From NCBI RefSeq assembly GCF_000016745.1, contig NC_009483.1:3240001-3272000 (forward strand): a DNA stretch of 32,000 bases, written 5' to 3'. Source of the stretch: Geotalea uraniireducens Rf4 (GTDB lineage Bacteria > Desulfobacterota > Desulfuromonadia > Geobacterales > Geobacteraceae). Shown here piece by piece: positions 8,888 to 15,246 of the stretch. The position numbers were made by a program, and so were the translations under genes. The notes beneath the pieces are model-generated. The model did no database searches. It was not told the origin of the DNA and was given only the letters and a program-made list of their open reading frames with translations. How positions within the stretch are numbered: the stretch's first letter is position 1; each line of letters begins with the position of its first letter.

Positions 8888-9052
8888 CCTAAAAACGGCA
8901 TTTGAACCGCAAAGACGCCAAGAACGCGAAGAAAATCAATACATTTGATACAGAAAACCTTCTTACCCAAAAGGTGATCACAGGCTGTTTATTAACTCTT
9001 TGATTTCTTCGCGAACTTTGCGGCTTTGCGGTAATGAACTGCTTTTTCTAGG
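8888..9052. repeat. Long imperfect palindromic intergenic element, copy B
   Basis: The left arm cctaaaaacggcatttgaaccgcaaagacgccaagaacgcgaagaaaatcaa pairs with the right arm ttgatttcttcgcgaactttgcggctttgcggtaatgaactgctttttctagg. The arms are built from short CGCnAAG-like repeats. Confidence 0.6.
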
Positions 9053-9140
9053 TTTATTCCCCTAAGCGATACGGCAGGTAATGAGATGCGCCCCGAACAG
9101 GACTAGTACACTGTAATATCTGAATCTACCCCCCCTCAGT

Positions 9141-9193
9141 CCCCCCTTACCTAAGGGGGGAAGCCTTGAAGTCTCCCCTTAGATAAGGGGAGA
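9141..9193. repeat. Two adjacent CCCCTTA/TAAGGGG hairpins
   Basis: cccccctta-cc-taagggggg at 9141-9160 and tctcccctt-agat-aaggggaga at 9172-9193. Confidence 0.4.
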
Positions 9194-9291
9194 TTTAGAG
9201 GGGTTATCCGCAAAAATAAGTGTTACATGGTACTATTCCGTTGTTATGTTCAGGATAGTGAGGTTGTTACGGAAGATAAAGGGGTAGTCTG

Positions 9292-9354
9292 TGAATGGTC
9301 GCAATCGGGGGATGAATGGCAGATTATCGGGGATGAACAGCAGATTATAAATCA
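9292..9354. promoter_or_regulatory. Three tandem 21-bp imperfect direct repeats, a candidate LytTR-regulator binding array
   Basis: The units are tgaatggtcgcaatcggggga, tgaatggcagattatcgggga and tgaacagcagattataaatca, with an exact 21-bp period. The array lies upstream of cstA and overlaps the stop codon of the LytTR regulator gene. Confidence 0.4.
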
Positions 9355-10097
9355 AAATGCCTTTTTAAATCCTTCACATTGTAACGGCTGACCGGCACCT
9401 CGCTCCGTTCGCGGTCGTCCATGATCAGCTTGTAGCTGCCGTTGAACCAGGGGATCACTTCGCGGACATGATTGATGTTGACGAGGAAGCTGCGGTGGGT
9501 CCTGACAAATCCGGCTGCAGCGAGCTTCTGCTCCAGTTCGTTGAGGGCGCAGCGGGTCCGGTACCTGCCGTCAACGGCGTGGACAAGCACCTCCCCCTCT
9601 TCGGCACGGGCAAAAATGATCCGCTCCGCTGCGGTCGGGACGATGGTCTCCCCCCGGTAGAGGATGATTTTGCGGCAGGCTTCGAGGGGCTGCCGCGCTT
9701 CCGGTACCGGTGGAGCGACTGTCGGGGAAAGGGCTTTGGCGGCCTTGGCAACCGCCTTGGCAACCCGCTCCAGGGTGAAGGGTTTGCACAGGTAATCGAT
9801 GGCGTCGACCTCAAAGGCCTGCAGTGCGTATTCGTCAAAAGCGGTTGCAAACACAAGTAGTGGGCGCTCCGGCAACTCGCACAGGAACTGGGCCAGTTCC
9901 AGGCCGCTCAGCCCGGGCATCTGGATATCGAGAAAGACCAGGTTCGGCTTGGTTTCGCGGAGCCCCTTCAGCGCAGTGCTGCCGTTGGCGGCCTCGCCAA
10001 CCACCTCCACCGTTGCGATCTGCTCCAGGAGATAGCGCAGTTCCCTCCTGGCCGGGGCCTCGTCATCGATGATGAAGGTGCGCAGTGCCGTACTCAT
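9345..10097 (-). CDS. LytR/AlgR-family response regulator (receiver + LytTR DNA-binding domain)
   Basis: 250 aa. Receiver motifs are FIIDDE and LVFLDIQMPGLSGLEL. The C-terminal LytTR-type block is FVRTHRSFLVNINHVREV. Its start overlaps the kinase stop by 4 nt. Confidence 0.9.
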   Translation of the reverse strand: MSTALRTFIIDDEAPARRELRYLLEQIATVEVVGEAANGSTALKGLRETKPNLVFLDIQMPGLSGLELAQFLCELPERPLLVFATAFDEYALQAFEVDAIDYLCKPFTLERVAKAVAKAAKALSPTVAPPVPEARQPLEACRKIILYRGETIVPTAAERIIFARAEEGEVLVHAVDGRYRTRCALNELEQKLAAAGFVRTHRSFLVNINHVREVIPWFNGSYKLIMDDRERSEVPVSRYNVKDLKRHFDL

Positions 10098-11788
10098 GGC
10101 TGCGGCACCGTGAACGAAACGGTCGTGCCCTGACCGGGCTCGCTCTCGATCTGTAAAGCGTGCTCAGCCCCGTAGAGCGCCGAAAGCCTGGCATTGACGT
10201 TCTTCAGGGCAATCCCGGCCCCTTCCTGGGGCGACGGGCGGTCTGTGTCAATAAACAGCGCCGCCAACCGGGCAGCCGACATCCCGACCCCGTTGTCCCT
10301 GACCTCGATCCGTACCAGCCCGTTGTCCCGGTGCGCCGCGATGTTTACCTCGCCCCCTTCCTCGCGGAGCAGGATGCCGTGCTTGAGAGCGTTCTCCACC
10401 AGCGGCTGGAGGATCAGCTGCGGGAGCAGACAGCCGAGCGCCGTTTCGTCCAGGTCGTAGGACACCCTGATTCGCTCCTCGAAGCGGGCCGACTCGATGG
10501 CGATATAGGCCCGGCAGTGTTCCAGTTCGGTCGCCAGGGATACATTCCCCACTCCCGGATTGATGTTGGTGCGGAAAAAGTCGGCCAGCTTCACCAGCAG
10601 CCCCGAGGCGGTCTCCGGGCTGGTGCGGGTGTAGCTGATGATGGTGTTGATGGCGTTGAAGAGGAAGTGGGGGTTGATCTGGGCCTGGAGCGCCTTGATC
10701 TCGGCATCCTTGACCAGCTTTTTTTGCTCGTCCAGGGCCGATATCTCCAGCTGGTTGGAAAAGAGGTGGGCCAGACCGTTGGCCAGTTCCCTGTCCAGGG
10801 GGGTGATGCCGTTCTCCTTCAAGCGGAACAGCTGCAGGGTACCGATGGTCCTGTCCTGCTTGACGAGCGGCACGATAATGGCGGAGCCCAGGCGACAGTC
10901 GGCATGGGTGCAGCTGATCTCCTCACGGGTGAGCGGCGCCGCAATGCGGCCGCTGGTGAGCACTGTTCGGGTGGAAGCATGCAATAACGATGTACCGGGA
11001 CGGTGATGGGCGTTTTCCGCCCCGGCATATGCCAGAATCTGCGATTCGTCGGAAATGGCCACCGCATCCAGATCGGCCATTTCCAGGATGATACGGGCGG
11101 TTTCGGATGCGGATGCGCCGGTGAGACCACTACGCAGGAACGGCAGGGTGCGCAAGGCGATATCCAGGGCGGTCTGGGCCTGGGAGGCAGCGAAACGCTC
11201 CTTTTCCTTGTACACGGAAGCCACCAGTTCCACAAACAGCGCCAGCCCGAGGGAGTTGACCAGGATCATCGGAAGACCGATGATGCTAACCAGGTTGAGC
11301 GCCGCCGAAAAGGGCTTCGGAATGATGAGCAGTATAGCCATCTGGAGGCTTTCGACGATCACCCCGGTGATGAAGGCCACAGCCGGATCGAACGGTCGCC
11401 GCTTCAGGCGGTGGTAGATCAGGCCGCCGGCCACGCCCTCGATGACGGTCGCCACCCCGCAGGCCGTGGCGGTAAAACCGCCGATGTCGATCAGGTAGCG
11501 ATGCCCGCCGGCAATAACACCCGCCGCAAAACCGACCAGCGGGCCGCCGAGAATCCCCCCCAGCGCGACCCCCACAACCCTTGAATTGGCAATGGCATTC
11601 TGGATGGGAACACCCATGTAGGTTCCGGCGATTCCGAAAAGACCGAAGAGAACCGACAGGGAAAGCTTTTCGTAGCGATTGGCTTTCCCCGTCAAAAGCC
11701 TCTTGAAGATGTCGAAACGCATGATCAGGATGAATGCAATGGCAAAAATCCCGAGCCGTTCCAGCAAATTTATGAGAAGATTGTGCAT
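10094..11788 (-). CDS. LytS/YehU(BtsS)-type sensor histidine kinase
   Basis: 564 aa. It has an N-terminal multi-TM 5TMR-LYT-like domain, a central GAF-like region, the His-kinase block QINPHFLFNAINTI and HATPase blocks (NALKHG, DNGVGM, GAGIALKNV). Confidence 0.9.
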   Translation of the reverse strand: MHNLLINLLERLGIFAIAFILIMRFDIFKRLLTGKANRYEKLSLSVLFGLFGIAGTYMGVPIQNAIANSRVVGVALGGILGGPLVGFAAGVIAGGHRYLIDIGGFTATACGVATVIEGVAGGLIYHRLKRRPFDPAVAFITGVIVESLQMAILLIIPKPFSAALNLVSIIGLPMILVNSLGLALFVELVASVYKEKERFAASQAQTALDIALRTLPFLRSGLTGASASETARIILEMADLDAVAISDESQILAYAGAENAHHRPGTSLLHASTRTVLTSGRIAAPLTREEISCTHADCRLGSAIIVPLVKQDRTIGTLQLFRLKENGITPLDRELANGLAHLFSNQLEISALDEQKKLVKDAEIKALQAQINPHFLFNAINTIISYTRTSPETASGLLVKLADFFRTNINPGVGNVSLATELEHCRAYIAIESARFEERIRVSYDLDETALGCLLPQLILQPLVENALKHGILLREEGGEVNIAAHRDNGLVRIEVRDNGVGMSAARLAALFIDTDRPSPQEGAGIALKNVNARLSALYGAEHALQIESEPGQGTTVSFTVPQP

Positions 11789-11953
11789 AGTCGATAACCC
11801 GTCAATGTGCCTGAGTTATGAAGTTACTCTTATCGCTCCATTTGTGTCAATCATCATTTACCTATACGAAGGAGCGGCGCTTTTGGAGGAAGCGAAGGCT
11901 GCAAAACGGCGGGGATGGGGGTCTTGGTGGGAAACCATGGTACATATACACTG

Positions 11954-11987
11954 AAAAAGGAGTCAACCGAATCGGCTAACCCCTTGA
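11954..11987 (-). terminator. Degenerate copy of the tRNA-fMet terminator. Proposed distal islet boundary and terminator of the ATPase cassette
   Basis: aaaaaggagtcaaccgaatcggctaaccccttga matches 16390-16423 at 30 of 34 positions. On the minus-strand RNA all 11 stem pairs are retained through G-U wobbles, followed by UUUUU. Confidence 0.5.
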
Positions 11988-12016
11988 CAATAGAACATAC
12001 ACAAAGCTTGATTTTT

Positions 12017-12220
12017 TCAGACTTGAATCTCTTCCGGCTTGAGCCAGATCATTTTACCGTCGCGCCAGACGACAACAGGATTACCGGTCTGTTTGTGCTT
12101 CTTGAGAGCTTCCTGGACACCGGTTGCCAATGAGTCGGTTATCTTTTCCTGGTCGGCAAGCGCTTCTTCTATTTTATCCCTGTACTGTGCTCCCACCGTA
12201 GGCCTCCGCAATTCAGACAT
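12017..12220 (-). CDS. 67-aa hypothetical protein, third gene of the ATPase/DUF4276 cassette
   Basis: MSELRRPTVGAQYRDKIEEALADQEKITDSLATGVQEALKKHKQTGNPVVVWRDGKMIWLKPEEIQV. Its ATG overlaps the DUF4276 stop by 8 nt (ATGTCTGA). The upstream in-frame Met of the 75-aa ORF is less likely. Confidence 0.6.
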   Translation of the reverse strand: MSELRRPTVGAQYRDKIEEALADQEKITDSLATGVQEALKKHKQTGNPVVVWRDGKMIWLKPEEIQV

Positions 12221-12914
12221 TAACTCGCATCTGAAGACATTCAAGTCTTGTCAGCCAGTTATTAAAGTGGGTGCATTGTTTTCGTATAGTTGTAATGCCG
12301 ATAGCCTCGGAAATCGTCTTGCCATTGGCGACCTTGCGGTATCCATTTTTTAATGCTTCAAGCCGCTTAGATGGTGCTTTCGCAGGATCATCGTTTATTT
12401 CTTCCGGGCTGTTATATTTCCCAATAATTTCCTGAATCTTGGACACATCTATGTCAGTCTTTTCTGCTAGGACGTCTGCATCACTGAAAAGTAACGCTTC
12501 AAATTCGTGCATTTCGATATATGGGATAAATCTGCTTTCTGCGTTATAGCCAGTGAACTCTTTCACGATCTCAGAATTAGTGGCTGCCTCAAGAATATCG
12601 GCCTTCTGGATAGCTGTAAGAGAACTTCCATTTCGTATTTGCCTGCTAACTTCAGCTCTTCCTGGCCATTCAGAATCTATCCTAAAGTAATCAAACATCG
12701 TTGACACATAAGTCTCAGGACGCTGTTTGAGAAAATTGCCAATGTCTGTCTTAGCCCTGTCAAATTGAATGTCTCCGCCTTTTTGACCAGGTTTACCAAT
12801 TAAAGCTGGAAGCAGATATATTCCCTTATGTGCCATCTGCGGGGCCAGCACATCACGCACGAAGGTCTGTTCTGTCTGCCCTTCCACAACGATGTAGATT
12901 TCAATACTACTCAT
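12213..12914 (-). CDS. DUF4276-family protein (Toprim-like)
   Basis: 233 aa, counting from the ATG that overlaps the ATPase stop (ATGAGTAG). The N-terminal IYIVVEGQTEQTFV and later HEFEALLFSDADV are consistent with a Toprim Glu ... DxD arrangement. The DUF4276 assignment is from memory. Confidence 0.75.
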   Translation of the reverse strand: MSSIEIYIVVEGQTEQTFVRDVLAPQMAHKGIYLLPALIGKPGQKGGDIQFDRAKTDIGNFLKQRPETYVSTMFDYFRIDSEWPGRAEVSRQIRNGSSLTAIQKADILEAATNSEIVKEFTGYNAESRFIPYIEMHEFEALLFSDADVLAEKTDIDVSKIQEIIGKYNSPEEINDDPAKAPSKRLEALKNGYRKVANGKTISEAIGITTIRKQCTHFNNWLTRLECLQMRVNV

Positions 12915-14043
12915 AAGCAGGCCCTCCGGTGACAACGTTCTTACGCCAGAGGTCGCCCAACGAATAATCTTTAAGCCATGAAGAAAGTTCGCGCTTATTC
13001 AACCGTTCAAAGACTGATGCGCCCTGTTTTCGATTCACGACAATAATGTCTTCCGGTTCAAAATAATCGACGAGAGCAGGGGACTGAGTTGACACGATGA
13101 GCTGTGTATTTTTGGATGTAGCCTTAATCAGCTCGGCCAAAATTTCGATAGCATATGGATGCAAGCCCAGTTCCGGCTCATCAATAATGATGGTTGAGGG
13201 CGGGTCAGGTTGCAGAAGCGCCGTCGTCAAACAGATAAATCGGAGAGTACCATCGGACAGATGATGAGGTTTAAGTGGATAGTCGGAACCCTTCTGTCTC
13301 CAACGCAGCCTCACCCTTTCATTTTTGTCCGGCTTAAGGATAAAATCGTCGAAGAAGGGGGTAACCAAACGAATTGTATCAATGATTTGTTCATAAACTT
13401 TTTGTTTGCTAACTCGTCTGTTATTTTTTAAATCATATAAAAAGGAGGCGATGTTAGCCGCGTCAAACCGTAAATATTCGCTATCGTCAATCGTCCCATA
13501 GCGGCGCATCTGAGCTAATTTGCTGGTGTCGTGGAAATGATAGATTTTCCATGATGAAATCGCATTATAGATATGGGAGGCAACGCTGCGACCACCAGCA
13601 ACGCCCCTTTTATCCTTTTCTTTAAGCAATTCCGGCGAAGTTTGTCCGCTTCCCAGTTCCCACCAGCCGACAGTGCTGCCTTCATAGTAGCTCGCCTCAT
13701 CATTTATGATAAAGTTCTCGTCTGCGGTGGGGGCAAGTTTAAAACGATAACCGTTTTGGCCGAATCTTGTTACAACTTCGATCTGATCTGTGACCTTTGG
13801 ACCATTAAACAGGAAATCGTCACTACCGCCACCATCGGCAATATAGGTTTTCAAGCTAGCACTGGCAAGGCCCGGCAATGGCAATTCCAACATGGCACGC
13901 AGCAGACGAAAAAAATCGATAAAGTTGCTTTTTCCGGCGCCGTTGCCACCTATGAGGACATTCAAGTTGGATAGCTCAAAATCTTCAAGGGACCGGATTG
14001 ATTTAAAGCCCTTAATTGTTAATTTATCTAATGGCTGCGCCAT
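12907..14043 (-). CDS. ABC-type / AAA_21-like ATPase (OLD/AriA/PtuA-like ATPase class)
   Basis: 378 aa, RBS ggaggga. Motifs: Walker A GGNGAGKSN (K38), ABC signature-like LSDGTLRF, Walker B IIIDEPELGLHP and H-loop region VSTQSP. Confidence 0.85.
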   Translation of the reverse strand: MAQPLDKLTIKGFKSIRSLEDFELSNLNVLIGGNGAGKSNFIDFFRLLRAMLELPLPGLASASLKTYIADGGGSDDFLFNGPKVTDQIEVVTRFGQNGYRFKLAPTADENFIINDEASYYEGSTVGWWELGSGQTSPELLKEKDKRGVAGGRSVASHIYNAISSWKIYHFHDTSKLAQMRRYGTIDDSEYLRFDAANIASFLYDLKNNRRVSKQKVYEQIIDTIRLVTPFFDDFILKPDKNERVRLRWRQKGSDYPLKPHHLSDGTLRFICLTTALLQPDPPSTIIIDEPELGLHPYAIEILAELIKATSKNTQLIVSTQSPALVDYFEPEDIIVVNRKQGASVFERLNKRELSSWLKDYSLGDLWRKNVVTGGPAYE

Positions 14044-14157
14044 ACTAATGCTCCCTCCACGTTCCTTGCAGCAGATCCTGGCTCTCTTTGTCTTTCCGGC
14101 TCCATTAGGAGCGGCAATTATTTGAGATGGGGCTTTTTAATAAATGGCTCTTATCCA

Positions 14158-14463
14158 TTATCGGGGCCTACCCCTAGAGCAGCACAGTTGCCTAGAATTG
14201 CTTTTTCGCATGACTTCCGTATTTACTGCCGATCTGTGGGCTCTCAAGAAAATAGTCGTCGGTCGAGTTGGCTGGTATACCTTCCGAGGAAGAGAAAGCG
14301 TACTCTTGCCATAGGTCTTGAACGGAACCTCATGGTAATGCTTGACGACCTTCACACCTATCCAGTGCAGTGTGGGCATCCAGAGTCTCGTATCACGGAA
14401 TAACTTGACTGTATAATATACATCATCAGCACCAGATATCCTAATAATTTCTAAGAGATACAC
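14158..14463 (-). CDS. Unassigned ORF upstream of the ATPase cassette. It may be non-coding or a gene remnant
   Basis: 101-aa ORF with a GTG start 13 nt after a terminator hairpin. An internal Met at about 14379 is an alternative start. There is no recognisable motif and no convincing RBS. Confidence 0.2.
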   Translation of the reverse strand: MYLLEIIRISGADDVYYTVKLFRDTRLWMPTLHWIGVKVVKHYHEVPFKTYGKSTLSLPRKVYQPTRPTTIFLRAHRSAVNTEVMRKSNSRQLCCSRGRPR

Positions 14464-14475
14464 CTATCATATAGT

Positions 14476-14502
14476 AAAAAGGCCAAGTCATGCGACTTGG
14501 CC
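14476..14502 (-). terminator. Rho-independent terminator (minus strand)
   Basis: ggccaagtc-atgc-gacttggcc, with AAAAA on the plus strand giving a U-tract on the minus-strand RNA. Confidence 0.55.
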
Positions 14503-14750
14503 CTTAAGGCTACTATTGATATTTTACCGATCCTCTTCAGGATCGACTCTTGCTTGCATAAACATTAAAAACCACCCATCCCAAGAAGTTGATTCATCAT
14601 TATCGAGTAAATGGTTGGTAACATGCCTCTATCTGGTCCAGGAACGATGTCTACTTTTTGCATTCAAAGGCTAAGGAGGGCTATTCTTTCATTATAAGTC
14701 TATATGGCCATGGTATTTGGTAACCAGTGGTACATGATGGGTTAACTACC

Positions 14751-14785
14751 AATCATCTGAAGGGGTCTGAATCATCTGAAGGGGT
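14751..14785. repeat. Tandem 16-bp duplication abutting the group II intron 3' end
   Basis: aatcatctgaaggggt occurs at 14751-14766 and 14770-14785, separated by ctg. Confidence 0.7.
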
Positions 14786-15148
14786 GTCGCGGTAGGAATG
14801 CCGGTTACCCGGCACCCCCCGCACAGATCCCAGCGAGCAGATTTCCCGCACTGGGCTCCTGCCTCAGGTAGTGACGCGCAAGCGAGCTTCAGGATAAGGG
14901 TGATATATGCGCGGCGGGGGAAGCCAGCGTGTTGCTATCAGGCTCATGCGCTCCCAGGTTGTTCGCTGCCGTTGACTCCGGCGACGAAGCGTCCACTTCC
15001 AGTAGCAGAGCAGATGATACCTAAATGCGCTGAGTCTGCGACTGTTGCGCGGCACCCCATAGTATCGGTAATGCCCCAACAATACGGATCGCAGCCATTT
15101 TCCCACTTCCGTGATGGGAGTGTGCATGCGCTTGCGTAGCTCCTGCTT
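14786..15148 (-). mobile_element. 5'-truncated group II intron: maturase C-terminus plus domains V and VI
   Basis: The minus-strand ORF end reads ...EVGKWLRSVLLGHYRYYGVPRNSRRLSAFRYHLLCYWKWTLRRRSQRQRTTWERM...RIYHPYPEARL, a maturase X-domain pattern. Downstream is GAGCCCAGUGCGGGAAAUCUGCUCGCUGGGAUC, a domain V-like fold with the AGC triad and a 2-nt bulge. Next comes a domain VI hairpin (UGCCGG-GUAA-CCGGCA) with a bulged A, ending ...CGAC at 14786. No RT finger/palm domains or domains I-III are present. Confidence 0.75.
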
Positions 15149-15150
15149 GG

Positions 15151-15186
15151 GTGAGAAAAATGGGGTCAGTGAGAAAAATGGGGTCA
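15151..15186. repeat. Perfect 18-bp tandem duplication at the intron truncation point
   Basis: gtgagaaaaatggggtca occurs twice (15151-15168 and 15169-15186), followed by the small hairpin gtcag-ccc-ctgac. Confidence 0.75.
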
Positions 15187-15246
15187 GCCCCTGACATGAG
15201 ACAAACTCACTCTTTTCAACCTCATATTCCCAACACGAAATACTTC

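Noticed and set aside
10160-11584. Plus-strand ORFs of 275, 122, 193 and 120 aa antisense to the LytS kinase gene
   Set aside because: They are shadow ORFs in high-GC coding sequence with low-complexity translations.
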